Shown here piece by piece: positions 8,101 through 17,457 of a DNA stretch of 50,290 nucleotides. The stretch covers positions 1-50,290 of the forward strand of contig CAYIPF010000002.1 in NCBI GenBank assembly GCA_964365285.1, read 5' to 3'. Made by a program: the position numbers and the translations under genes. The DNA is from an uncultured Candidatus Saccharibacteria bacterium (GTDB lineage: Bacteria > Patescibacteriota > Minisyncoccia > Sungbacterales > JBBTQR01). The notes below the pieces were generated by a model that worked only from the letters and a program-made list of their open reading frames with translations, searched no databases and was not told the origin of the DNA. Positions within the stretch are counted from its first letter, which is position 1. The number at the start of each line of letters is the position of its first letter.

Positions 8101-9519
8101 TTATTTTGGAAACGATTCTATAAGCGCCTTAAGCACGCGTTCTGATGCTTTACCATCTAGTTTATAACACACTGTATCGCGAAGGTTTTTACGTCTTTCT
8201 GCGTCTAATGTAGGATTCTGAAAATAATCGTATAGAAATTTAAACAATTCTTCAAAGTTCCGAGCAGTTTTCAACGCGCCGGTTTTTAAAACATCCTGAA
8301 AGTGGTCAAACTCTTCAAAACGCCGAATTGAGTGGCGATACGGCCGTGTATGATGTCCGTCAAACGCAATTGCCATAAGTGGTCTGTCTAAAACAGCCGC
8401 TTCAAGCACCATTGTAGAATAAACAGAAATAACAACATCTGAATGATGCATGATGTTTATAAATTCTACGCTTTTCTCAAGGTCACCCCAAAACTCAAGC
8501 TGATAAAAACGCACGCGTGGATGCCCCTCAAAGCGATTGAATTTCTGTTCGTCAATTTCTTTGTCTTTCTTCCTGCCGCCAAGATACGGCCTAATGATCA
8601 CCCGTACATCAGAACCAAATTTTCCTTCATCAGCCCATTGGAGAATTGCATCAATAATCTCTGGTTCATCGGGACAGTACGCGCTTCCAGAAACATACAA
8701 GATGAGTTTTGCGTCAAGCGGAAAATTAAGCGATTTCAAAAGCTCTTCTCGCGAAACGTGATAATCGGTTCGCGAAATGAAATCAAAATGAGGATAGCCG
8801 GTAATCACAATTGACTGCTCACTATATGCCTGATGCTCGAGAGCCATCCGCTTCACCTGCTCGCTCTGCACTAAGAGCGTATCAACGTGAAATGGCAAAA
8901 AATATTTATCAAGATGATCCCAGCCGGCGGGCATACCAACGGTTTTGACCCCCTGCCGTTTTGCCTCGGCAATAAGCATAGTGTCAAACCAACCATATAA
9001 ATGCGGAGCAAAAACAACACCCGGCTTATACCGCTCAAAAGGTTTTTGAAACGGACGATCGATAAAAATTTTTAAATGAAGGGCTGGAACAAGCGCGGTC
9101 TTTAACCACGGAACACGCCCAAGTGTCCGCGCAATTATAATCTTCGCGGGTGCCAAATACCACCTTCCGCCCGCGGGCGGTTCATCAGGGCGCGTCCCCA
9201 TCGTCGCCATAACCTTTGTCGTACCGGTAAAAATAAGATAGGAGTAAAAAAAATAGAACATCTTTTGCAAAAAACTCTTCCGAGAAGGAATACCGACAAT
9301 TTCATACTGTATCCGATCCCCGAGTTCAGGGGTTTTTAAAAACGCACCATATTTTTCGCGAAACTGCGGTGGCACCAAAAATACAACCCGAAGCTCCGCA
9401 TGCGTCTGCATATATTCCTTGATCCGCTCGAAAAAACTCTGCGGAAAAAAGAAGAGATTTCTAAAAACCGCTGAGGATGATAGCGCGATAAAAATTGTTT
9501 TCTGTGTTGGCATATCCAT
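8101..9519 (-). CDS. TagB/TagF-like GT-B transferase, paralog 1 (family unresolved)
   Basis: The track start at 9525 is a TTG. ATGs lie at 9519 and 9513, so the start is uncertain. Shares motifs with three paralogs: KTIFI, YKPGVVF, GWDHL, TGYPHFD, KLILYVSG, VVISVYSTMVLEAAVLDRPL, and C-terminal DGKASERV. Confidence 0.6.
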   Translation of the reverse strand: MDMPTQKTIFIALSSSAVFRNLFFFPQSFFERIKEYMQTHAELRVVFLVPPQFREKYGAFLKTPELGDRIQYEIVGIPSRKSFLQKMFYFFYSYLIFTGTTKVMATMGTRPDEPPAGGRWYLAPAKIIIARTLGRVPWLKTALVPALHLKIFIDRPFQKPFERYKPGVVFAPHLYGWFDTMLIAEAKRQGVKTVGMPAGWDHLDKYFLPFHVDTLLVQSEQVKRMALEHQAYSEQSIVITGYPHFDFISRTDYHVSREELLKSLNFPLDAKLILYVSGSAYCPDEPEIIDAILQWADEGKFGSDVRVIIRPYLGGRKKDKEIDEQKFNRFEGHPRVRFYQLEFWGDLEKSVEFINIMHHSDVVISVYSTMVLEAAVLDRPLMAIAFDGHHTRPYRHSIRRFEEFDHFQDVLKTGALKTARNFEELFKFLYDYFQNPTLDAERRKNLRDTVCYKLDGKASERVLKALIESFPK

Positions 9520-9539
9520 ACACAATTAAATGTTTCCGA

Positions 9540-10955
9540 TTATTCAATCCTATGTTCTAAGCCGACAAATTGCAACAAGGCTTTCGCAAGCCGCTCCCCA
9601 GAGTTTCCGTCAAAAAACTCCGCTTCTTCTCGCACAATAGCACGGCGTTCATTATAAAGGCGCGCTGGCTCATTCAACGATTTCTGAATATGCAAAGCAA
9701 GTTCTTTCTTTGACTTTGCAAAATCAATACCGCCGCACCGCTTAATATCCGCCAAATGTTCCCATTCAAAAAAACGGCGGACGGAATTCCAGTAATTTTT
9801 TTGGCGCTCTCCGTCAAACGCAACGGCAATAAGCGGTTTATCAAAAATCGCCGCTTCAACCAAAAAAGTTGAGTACATGTTTATAACGACATCCGCATAA
9901 TTCAAACTACTTGAAAGAAATGCCAGCGACTCATCATTAAATTCCCACACATCTCTTCCTGTCGCAATATGATAGAGTGATGATTCGGCAAAAAAATCAT
10001 ATCGCCTCCGAATCTCGTCAAGCTTTTCCAAAGAAAAATCAAAACGGGGATACGGTCGAATGAGCACATGAGCATTCCACTCCTTGTGTTCTGAAACAAC
10101 TTCATAAAGAACTTTAAGCATTTCAAGATCGATTGAAAGCCCCGCCTTTCCAGAAAACGCGTACAAAATAAGTTTTTTTGTTGGATCGCCTCCAATGTGT
10201 TGAAAAAATTCTTTGCGCGACAAAATCCCTTCTTTGCGGAAATAACGATCATACTGCGGAATACCGATAACCGATATTTTGTCCGCCGGATAATCGCCAA
10301 ACCGTTCCGCTTGTTTTTTAATTCCGTGCGTATGGACAAGCAAACGGTCAGGATGAACCCGCAAAATCGCCTTGCTGTAAAAATTGTCCCATGAGTGCGT
10401 AAGACCAATCACAGGAATTCCCCGCGTTTTTGCTTCTTTTGCAATGCGATTTTCGGCATACAAAAGCGTTGGACAAAAAACGAGATCCGGTTTGTACTCA
10501 TCAAAAACTGCGGCATATATTCGTGAAGGAGTAATCCGATAAACGGCGCGAATAAATGCGCGCCAAAAATAAAATTGCCCAAAAAACCAACATACCCTCG
10601 CCAAAATAAAAAAGAAAAACCGCCGCACAAAAAAATCTCGCGAACCCTCCCGAAAAAACGCGTGTATCTGCTGAAGTGACGCGGTTCGCGTGTGAATACT
10701 TGAGACCTCAATAAATTTAAAAAAACGCTCTTGAAAACTTTTTGAAGCATCGTCAAAAGGAACGAACCGCGATCCAAAAGCTGAAAATTCTTTTGAGTAA
10801 TACTCGCGTCTGCTTTCCGGCACGAGAAATACGAGCAAAAGATCCGCGCGTTTTTTCAAGAGCTGATACGCATCGGTACGAAAAAAATTCCGCGAGAAAA
10901 ATCCGCTTGTTACCGGAATAAGAATCGTCTTTTTTCTTGAAATATTTTCGGTCAT
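9540..10955 (-). CDS. TagB/TagF-like GT-B transferase, paralog 2
   Basis: I place the start at the ATG at 10953-10955 (MTENISRKKTILIP). The track's longer 510-aa version adds a low-quality extension into the intergenic region. Motifs YKPDLVF, HSWDNF, IGIPQYD, KLILYAFSG, VVINMYSTFLVEAAIFDKPL, DGNSGERL. Confidence 0.65.
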   Translation of the reverse strand: MTENISRKKTILIPVTSGFFSRNFFRTDAYQLLKKRADLLLVFLVPESRREYYSKEFSAFGSRFVPFDDASKSFQERFFKFIEVSSIHTRTASLQQIHAFFREGSRDFFVRRFFFFILARVCWFFGQFYFWRAFIRAVYRITPSRIYAAVFDEYKPDLVFCPTLLYAENRIAKEAKTRGIPVIGLTHSWDNFYSKAILRVHPDRLLVHTHGIKKQAERFGDYPADKISVIGIPQYDRYFRKEGILSRKEFFQHIGGDPTKKLILYAFSGKAGLSIDLEMLKVLYEVVSEHKEWNAHVLIRPYPRFDFSLEKLDEIRRRYDFFAESSLYHIATGRDVWEFNDESLAFLSSSLNYADVVINMYSTFLVEAAIFDKPLIAVAFDGERQKNYWNSVRRFFEWEHLADIKRCGGIDFAKSKKELALHIQKSLNEPARLYNERRAIVREEAEFFDGNSGERLAKALLQFVGLEHRIE

Positions 10956-11006
10956 AGAACAGAAACAAATCCATGCATTCAACAAACCATCGAGACCATC
11001 TAAACT

Positions 11007-11016
11007 ATAATAACAC
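11007..11016 (-). promoter_or_regulatory. candidate extended -10 promoter (TGTTATTAT) for the paralog-2 operon
   Basis: Minus-strand GTGTTATTAT lies about 50 nt upstream of the ATG at 10955, just after the neuB terminator. Confidence 0.3.
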
Positions 11017-11038
11017 AAAAAAGAATGAAAATGTTTGT

Positions 11039-11086
11039 AAAAAATAAACGCCCTATTCTCATTTTGTCTCATTTTGAGAGGGCGTT
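11039..11086 (-). terminator. candidate terminator after neuB
   Basis: Stem AACGCCCT / AGGGCGTT (11047-11054 / 11079-11086), followed by TATTTTTT on the minus strand. The loop is long (24 nt) and contains CTCATTTTG twice. Confidence 0.5.
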
Positions 11087-11105
11087 CGTTAAAATTAGAA
11101 ATAAA

Positions 11106-12152
11106 TTACCTAAACATTTTCGGGGTAAGCTGAACATCTTTTGCGATATTTTGTGTTGCGCGCTTACCAAGAATCTTCGGAAATTGTTCGGCAAGTATTT
11201 TCCCCGTTCCCGGCCGCTTAACCCAAAGATTCTTCATCGTAAACTTCTCACCCCTTTTGACATCAGCGATGGTTACAACGGTTGCGTAGGCAAAATCAAT
11301 CGTCGGTTTCTCTTTCTTGAGAATCCTCTTCTCTCCTCCGCGTGCCTCCCAAATTGCGCGGGATCCAATAATCATATTACAAAGACCCGTTGGATCTAAA
11401 GAAATCTCAATATCGGGACCCGACCATTTCATATCGGAGGTGAAATGCTTTTCAAGAATACTCGCCCCAAGCGCGACAGCTCCGAGACATGTCCAAATCC
11501 CAAGCGAATGATCGCTCAATCCGAGAACGGCATCGGGAAATGCCTTCCTCATCTGCGCGATTGCCCCATACCGAACTTCTCTGTATGGAGTCGGATACAT
11601 TGAAGTACAGTGAAGAAGCGCGTAAGGCGTTTTATATGTATGAAAAATTTTAACGCTCTGTGCAATCGCCCGAATATCATTCATACCGGTACTCAAAATA
11701 ATCGGCTTTCCGAATTTCGCAATATGCTCGACAAGCGGATAGTTGTTGCATTCGCCGGATCCGATTTTATAAGCAACTACCCCGATCTTTTTAAGACGAT
11801 CTGCCGCTGCGCGAGAAAACGGAGTACAAAGATACATCATCCCCTTGCTCTCAACATAAGCCTTAAGCTCACGCTCCTCCGTCTCAGAAAAAGCGCACCG
11901 CGCCATAATATCCCAAATAGAAACATCGGCATTGCCTGGAACGATATTCCGTGCCACCGGAACCATCTCATCCTCAAGGATATGGGACTGAAATTTCGCA
12001 ATCTCACATCCCGCCACATGAGCATCGTCAATCATACGCTTTGCTTTTTTCATGCTTCCTTCATGATTGATGCCAATCTCGGCAATCACAAGGGGCGGAT
12101 AATCAACGCCTATTCTTCTTTTTCCAATCCGTATCTCGGGGTTTTTCTTCAC
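11106..12152 (-). CDS. neuB: N-acylneuraminate (nonulosonate) synthase, NeuB family with C-terminal SAF domain
   Basis: 348 aa. GTG start at 12150-12152 with GGAGGGG 7 nt upstream. PLVIAEIGINHEGSMKKAKRMID, ILSTGM, LHCTSMYPTP and GLSDHS motifs. The sugar specificity (Neu5Ac, legionaminic or pseudaminic acid) is not resolvable by eye. Confidence 0.85.
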   Translation of the reverse strand: MKKNPEIRIGKRRIGVDYPPLVIAEIGINHEGSMKKAKRMIDDAHVAGCEIAKFQSHILEDEMVPVARNIVPGNADVSIWDIMARCAFSETEERELKAYVESKGMMYLCTPFSRAAADRLKKIGVVAYKIGSGECNNYPLVEHIAKFGKPIILSTGMNDIRAIAQSVKIFHTYKTPYALLHCTSMYPTPYREVRYGAIAQMRKAFPDAVLGLSDHSLGIWTCLGAVALGASILEKHFTSDMKWSGPDIEISLDPTGLCNMIIGSRAIWEARGGEKRILKKEKPTIDFAYATVVTIADVKRGEKFTMKNLWVKRPGTGKILAEQFPKILGKRATQNIAKDVQLTPKMFR

Positions 12153-12219
12153 AGTATGGCCCCTCCATTCTTATATTAGCAACGAACTATGCTATGCGCC
12201 TTTCTATAACAACTTGATA

Positions 12220-12945
12220 CTACCTTTTTGTTTCAATGCCACACGCGACAACCTTTTCAGCCATACGCCAATCATCCATCGTGTTTATATCAAGTGCGTA
12301 TTTTTTATCCATAATATATGGTTTAACATTCTTTCCAAAAAAATTCGACTCTTTTTGGTCAAAAAGAAATTTTGTTTTAAAGAGATAGAGCGCGCATGTA
12401 TTCCAAAAAGCATTCGGTAAATCCTGCCGTCGCGATATCCTCTTACGCACCGGTCTACCACTCCAAAGCGTAAGCCATCCATTTTTATCAATTTTCATCG
12501 TCCGATCAGGGTTAAATTGTTCTGGAATTTCAGAAACTCCAAGCACTGAATCTGCGCCGCTGCGCTTAAGAAGCTTTACAGCTTCTTGTATATGAAAGGG
12601 CTGACGAAACGGTGATGTTGGCTGAAGAATCATAATATAATCAGCGCTATAATTTTCTATTTCTTTCAGATAGGAAACCGCATGCAAAAGAACCGGCAGA
12701 GTTGCGGTATCATCTTTCGCAAGCTCTTTTGGACGCATAAAGGGCACCTCCGCGCCGTATCTTCGTCCAACTTCAGCTATTTTCCGATCATCAGTTGAAA
12801 GAATTACGCGATCAAAAACACCCGACTTCAAAGCAGTTTCGATCGTATACGCAATGAGCGGCTTTCCTCCAAGCTTTTTTATATTTTTCCCCGGAATACC
12901 CTTTGAACCGCCGCGAGCGGTTATTATTCCCAAAAACTTAGTCAT
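12220..12945 (-). CDS. neuA: CMP-N-acylneuraminate (nonulosonate) cytidylyltransferase
   Basis: 241 aa. GIITARGGSKGIPGKNIKKLGGKPLIAYTI, LSTDD and ILQPTSPFR are classic CTP_transf_3 motifs. Confidence 0.85.
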   Translation of the reverse strand: MTKFLGIITARGGSKGIPGKNIKKLGGKPLIAYTIETALKSGVFDRVILSTDDRKIAEVGRRYGAEVPFMRPKELAKDDTATLPVLLHAVSYLKEIENYSADYIMILQPTSPFRQPFHIQEAVKLLKRSGADSVLGVSEIPEQFNPDRTMKIDKNGWLTLWSGRPVRKRISRRQDLPNAFWNTCALYLFKTKFLFDQKESNFFGKNVKPYIMDKKYALDINTMDDWRMAEKVVACGIETKR

Positions 12946-14137
12946 AGAATTTTTTTTGAGTATAGAGCCTCATTGTACGCAAAACTCGAGCAATGTTTTT
13001 TGCGGTCCGAGGTTTCCAATATATCCTTGAAGATTTGAATGGTCCGTGAGCGCATTGTTTTTTAACCGCTTTCTCTATCGCCTGTGCGTCACCTTCAATG
13101 ACATCTATGACATTTTCACCGCGCAACCTGCCGTTTTGCCGACTGCCCAAATTTACAACTGGCGTACCAAGATACGAACATTCTTTTATTCCTGAGGAAG
13201 AATTGCCGACAAGGCACGATGCGCGTTTCAAGAGGGCGATAAAATCTTCTGATTGAAGATTGGTTACAAAGCGAATGCCTTTTGTGGTACCGCCTTTATC
13301 CCGCTCGCGCAAATGCCTGATAGCCTCAGATATCTCTCCGGTACCGGCATCATTATTTGGCCAAAACCAAACCGCAGGTAACCCAATCCGGTGGATTGAA
13401 TCGGCAAGCGCCGTCACATAGCGCCAATTTTCTTCTTTGGTCTGTGTGATTACGGGATGATACATAACGACAATAAACGGCATTGAAATATCCAGATCAT
13501 CGCCCGCACCACGCGTCTTGAAAAAATCTGCCTGTAATTTTTTTTTCACTGCCGTGGCAACCTCTATATCGAGCGAACCAACATTGAAAACATACCTTGA
13601 ATCCTCGCCCATCTGTATCACTCTTTTTCTTGATTCTTCATTGGTAACAAAATGCGCGTGAGAAAGTTTTGTCACTGCATGACGAATACTCTCATCAACG
13701 CTCCCCGTTATATCGCCACCCTCTATATGAGCGATCATTGTATTCAAATATGCCGCGGTCATAGCAATGGGCAACTGTTCAAAACGATCCCCATTTACAA
13801 CAACGATATCGGGATTAAGCTTATATATAATATTCGCAAATTCTAATCCAATAAGGGCTGCGGTTTTAGCCATGGCGATGTGATTGCCGCCATCAACAAT
13901 ATGAAAAAGCGTCTCTTCCACGGGAAGTCCGGTCGAAACGATTTCAGCGTGTATATTTTGACTATATTTATCAAGTGGAATCGCCCCACCTAAAATGACC
14001 TGGAGCTCTACATCGGGCGCGCGTTGAAGTTCCGCCAAAAGAAGCTTCACTCGACCATAATAAGCGCGATTTGTTATCGGAAAGCAAATTTTTCTTTTCT
14101 TGATATTTTTTTTCATATGTATACTGCGCCGTGTCAT
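12938..14137 (-). CDS. neuC: UDP-N-acetylglucosamine 2-epimerase (hydrolysing), NeuC-like
   Basis: 399 aa. The ATG at 14137 forms an ATGA overlap with the upstream stop. HIEGGDITGSVDESIRHAVTKLSHAHFV and GNSSSGIKE motifs. Confidence 0.8.
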   Translation of the reverse strand: MTRRSIHMKKNIKKRKICFPITNRAYYGRVKLLLAELQRAPDVELQVILGGAIPLDKYSQNIHAEIVSTGLPVEETLFHIVDGGNHIAMAKTAALIGLEFANIIYKLNPDIVVVNGDRFEQLPIAMTAAYLNTMIAHIEGGDITGSVDESIRHAVTKLSHAHFVTNEESRKRVIQMGEDSRYVFNVGSLDIEVATAVKKKLQADFFKTRGAGDDLDISMPFIVVMYHPVITQTKEENWRYVTALADSIHRIGLPAVWFWPNNDAGTGEISEAIRHLRERDKGGTTKGIRFVTNLQSEDFIALLKRASCLVGNSSSGIKECSYLGTPVVNLGSRQNGRLRGENVIDVIEGDAQAIEKAVKKQCAHGPFKSSRIYWKPRTAKNIARVLRTMRLYTQKKFYD

Positions 14138-15513
14138 ACGAACCGAGCTTTTTGCTGCAAAAGCTCAACAATATGCTTTCCGATTCGTTCGCCCGATTTT
14201 CCATCCTGAAAAAAACACTGCTCCTTCGCGAGCAACGCCCGCGCTACCCCATCAACAGACGGATTGTTAAGATATTCGTTTACCGATGCAATAAGCCCAT
14301 CAACATTTTGAACCAATCGTATACCCCCAGTTGAAAGCGCCTCTTTATAATGCTCTTTGCCATAATAGAGAATTGGGGAGCGAGATAATTTAATGTTCTT
14401 TCGTATTAAAAAATTAATATTTATTATCGGCTTATCAAATACCGCCGCGTCAACCGAAATGCTCGATGCGTAGCATATAATCAATGACATATAATACAGC
14501 GTATCACTTAAATAGCGCAACTCTTCAAATGTCATATCCCAATCCGTTCCCTTTTTTGAAGAAAATCGCTTTCCCGGATAATCATACGCAAACTGAGGCC
14601 GTTTTGCTATTTCGCGTTCATCAACATAATCATTCGGCGGAATCCTGACCAAAATCGCAATATTTTTACCAAACTTGCCTTCGTCGTTTAAGCGCCCGAT
14701 ACAATCAAGCATATTCCAATCATCATCGCTGTATTGATTACCGAGTGGCGAATAGACAATGATTTTTTTCGTAAGATCAATATGAGCTTTTTTATAAAAT
14801 TCTTCCCGCGACATATACGGCGCTTGAAAATGATAATCATAATGCGGCACACCGCCAATAAAAATTTTTTCTGCGGGTATATCATGATGCGCTATAAGCG
14901 TTTTTTTTATTACATCATTAAAAACAATAAGTGTGTCGGGAACAAGACGAAGGACGCACCGTGCGCTCGCCCTATCCCATGAATTTATAAGCCCAACTGT
15001 CTTGATACCGCGCCGTAATGATTCGCGCAACATCGCACATTCACGCTCATCAAACAAATTTGCCATAAAAACTACATCCGGCTTATATTTTTCAAAAAAC
15101 GGACGAAATGTCGCGCTTCCGATAAAATTCAAATCTAAAAAACGAAAAAGTTTTATAAAAAATGGGCGCGCAAATAATCGATTAGCGATGCGACCAAGAT
15201 AATAAATACTGTGGCTCCCCCTGTCATCAAACGCCAATGTGCGTAAAAATTTTGTTGTTCCCGTGCGAAGAAGAATGAACTTTATATGCATGAACAACGC
15301 ATCAAGACCGCGAGGCGGAACAACTGGAACAACTTCATAAAAAATTCTTTCCCCTTCTCCGAATTCTGCCTTATGGTAATCGTAGCGTCCTTCATTCTTA
15401 AGAAAAAGCACCACACGAACATCCTCTTCCTTCATTATCGTTTTAATGATATCGGTACGCAGAATATTTTTTGATTCCACTCCCTCAAAAATCGTTATGA
15501 ATATCGTTTTCAT
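14134..15513 (-). CDS. TagB/TagF-like GT-B transferase, paralog 3
   Basis: 459 aa. MKTIFITIF, YKPDVVF, NSWDRA, GGVPHYD, KIIVYSPLG and DGKSGERI motifs. Confidence 0.65.
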   Translation of the reverse strand: MKTIFITIFEGVESKNILRTDIIKTIMKEEDVRVVLFLKNEGRYDYHKAEFGEGERIFYEVVPVVPPRGLDALFMHIKFILLRTGTTKFLRTLAFDDRGSHSIYYLGRIANRLFARPFFIKLFRFLDLNFIGSATFRPFFEKYKPDVVFMANLFDERECAMLRESLRRGIKTVGLINSWDRASARCVLRLVPDTLIVFNDVIKKTLIAHHDIPAEKIFIGGVPHYDYHFQAPYMSREEFYKKAHIDLTKKIIVYSPLGNQYSDDDWNMLDCIGRLNDEGKFGKNIAILVRIPPNDYVDEREIAKRPQFAYDYPGKRFSSKKGTDWDMTFEELRYLSDTLYYMSLIICYASSISVDAAVFDKPIININFLIRKNIKLSRSPILYYGKEHYKEALSTGGIRLVQNVDGLIASVNEYLNNPSVDGVARALLAKEQCFFQDGKSGERIGKHIVELLQQKARFV

Positions 15514-17441
15514 TGTATGTTCATTTCCTTGACAATTCGTTCAGCGAGAGACCGGGCGTCAAGTTCATGAAACGCAAGAATTTCAGGACCCCATCCGCAT
15601 TCTGGTATTTGAGAAAGCCCCATAAAAACAACGCGCGGATGTTCTGAGGAAATTTTTGCAAATTCAGACGCAAGGAAATTGCCAAAACCAAAACTAGTGT
15701 AGTGATCTTCAAGAATAAAAATTGTTTTATATGAAAAAAGCGTTTTAAGCCACCGTCTATCAGCGCGGTTAAGCCATGGCATATTTATAACAGCCAAAGA
15801 AAAATTTTTTTGTTTAAGGATTTCTGCCGCTTTCATCGCTTCCGTAAGCATAACGGGACCAAAAGAAATGAGTACAGCGTCACTTCCCTTTTTTAAAAAT
15901 GAACCGCGTCCAACGGCGAGTTGATGCCCGCTTGGAAGTTTATAGGGAAGGTTTTGAACAACATTTGAAAATCGTAAATAAGTGCTTTCTTTATTTTTAA
16001 AAATAGCAAAGCGGATAACCTGCCGCGCCTCTTCTTCGTTTGCGGGCTCCAAAAGAACAAGGCCCGGAATTGATCCGACGGCGGAAATATCTCGCACAGA
16101 TTGATGAGAATGACCCGGTCCGGAAGGCAAAATTCCCGACAATGTTGCGACATAAATTATTTTCTTTTTCTCTGTCGCGTTGTTGTACATTTGTTCGTTC
16201 CCACGAGCAGAAAGAAAGCTCGCATACGAATGAACGACAGGCACAAGCCCTTTAAGCGCCATGCCCCCCGCCGCTGAAACCATATCTTGCTCAGCAATAC
16301 CAAACTGAAAAAACCTTTTAGGAAATTTTTTCTTGAACGCCCCAATACCGCCGTCAAGCCATAAATCAGCGTCCAGAACAACGATATTTTTTCTTTTCTC
16401 CGCGATTGAAAGAAGTTCTTGCCCAAAAGCTTCTACTAATTTTTCAACAGGTCCATCAATAGTCGGACGCGACGGCAATTCAACTTCTTTAAGAACTAAT
16501 GTGGAAAGTTTTAGATTCTCAAGTTTTAGATTAATGGCGGTGACAAGTTCATGAACCGCACGGATATAATCATCGGTTTTTGGAGCGCCTGCATGAAAAT
16601 TATAAAATTCTTTATCAACAAATGCCGATGATTCCATGAAAGAAACCCCCTTCCCTTTAATCGTATCGGCAATCAAAACTTTCGGTTTATTTTTTATTTT
16701 TTTAAATTCGGAGAAAACTTTCGCAAGCGCTTTAAAATCGTGCCCGGAAACACGACGCGTTTCCCAACCAAAATCTTTAAACTTTGCTTCTATGTTGCCC
16801 AAGTCGCTCACATTTGTAACCCAATTATCAGACTGCATTTTATTTGCATCAATGATTGCGATGATTTCGCCAAATTTTCCATTTGCAATCGGCTGAAGCG
16901 CTTCCCAAATTTGCCCCTCCTGGAGCTCTCCGTCACCCAACATAACAAAAATTCTTCCGCCCGCGCCAAAATGACGATTTGAGATAGCCATCCCCTTTGC
17001 TTTAGAAAGCCCCATGCCAAGCGATCCGGAATTTGCCGCGATAAAAGGAGTCGCAATATCGGGATGACCAGGCAGTCCGTAAAGCCGTCGCAGTTTGTGA
17101 ATAAAATCAAATGGTAATTTTTCAAGACCGATAAGCGCCGAATATAACGCTGGCGCATCGTGTCCCTTTGATGAAAAATATGTGTCACTCCGCGTTTTCC
17201 CGGAATTAGGATTTTCAAGCTCGTTGAGCCACAACCAAAGCACGATATCCATCGAACTAAAACTTGATCCAATGTGACCGGAACCGGCCCGCGTAATCAT
17301 ATAAAGAGTGTTGAGCCGAAAAATATCAGCAAGAATTGTCGCTTTTTTGAATCGGTCTTTTACTTCCCGTCGCACGCGGCGAATTTCGGAAAGTGGCACT
17401 AAATAAAGTTTTCCTGACTGAAGTTGTTCAAATGTTTCCAT
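15510..17441 (-). CDS. transketolase-family ThDP enzyme, fused N- and C-terminal halves
   Basis: The track start at 17483 is a TTG inside the SDR gene, so I use the ATG at 17439-17441 (METFEQ). GSGHIGSSFSSMDIV, GDGELQEGQIWEA (ThDP/Mg motif) and FGIAEQDMVSAAGGMA (Pyr domain). Confidence 0.8.
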   Translation of the reverse strand: METFEQLQSGKLYLVPLSEIRRVRREVKDRFKKATILADIFRLNTLYMITRAGSGHIGSSFSSMDIVLWLWLNELENPNSGKTRSDTYFSSKGHDAPALYSALIGLEKLPFDFIHKLRRLYGLPGHPDIATPFIAANSGSLGMGLSKAKGMAISNRHFGAGGRIFVMLGDGELQEGQIWEALQPIANGKFGEIIAIIDANKMQSDNWVTNVSDLGNIEAKFKDFGWETRRVSGHDFKALAKVFSEFKKIKNKPKVLIADTIKGKGVSFMESSAFVDKEFYNFHAGAPKTDDYIRAVHELVTAINLKLENLKLSTLVLKEVELPSRPTIDGPVEKLVEAFGQELLSIAEKRKNIVVLDADLWLDGGIGAFKKKFPKRFFQFGIAEQDMVSAAGGMALKGLVPVVHSYASFLSARGNEQMYNNATEKKKIIYVATLSGILPSGPGHSHQSVRDISAVGSIPGLVLLEPANEEEARQVIRFAIFKNKESTYLRFSNVVQNLPYKLPSGHQLAVGRGSFLKKGSDAVLISFGPVMLTEAMKAAEILKQKNFSLAVINMPWLNRADRRWLKTLFSYKTIFILEDHYTSFGFGNFLASEFAKISSEHPRVVFMGLSQIPECGWGPEILAFHELDARSLAERIVKEMNIQ

Positions 17442-17457
17442 GGTATTGTCTCTAAAA

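Noticed and set aside
10956-11072. Longer 510-aa version of TagF-like paralog 2
   Set aside because: The extra 39 codons (MRQNENRAFIFYKHFHSFLCYYSL...) run into the neuB terminator/promoter region. The paralogs all begin just before the K(T/K)I(F/L)I motif.
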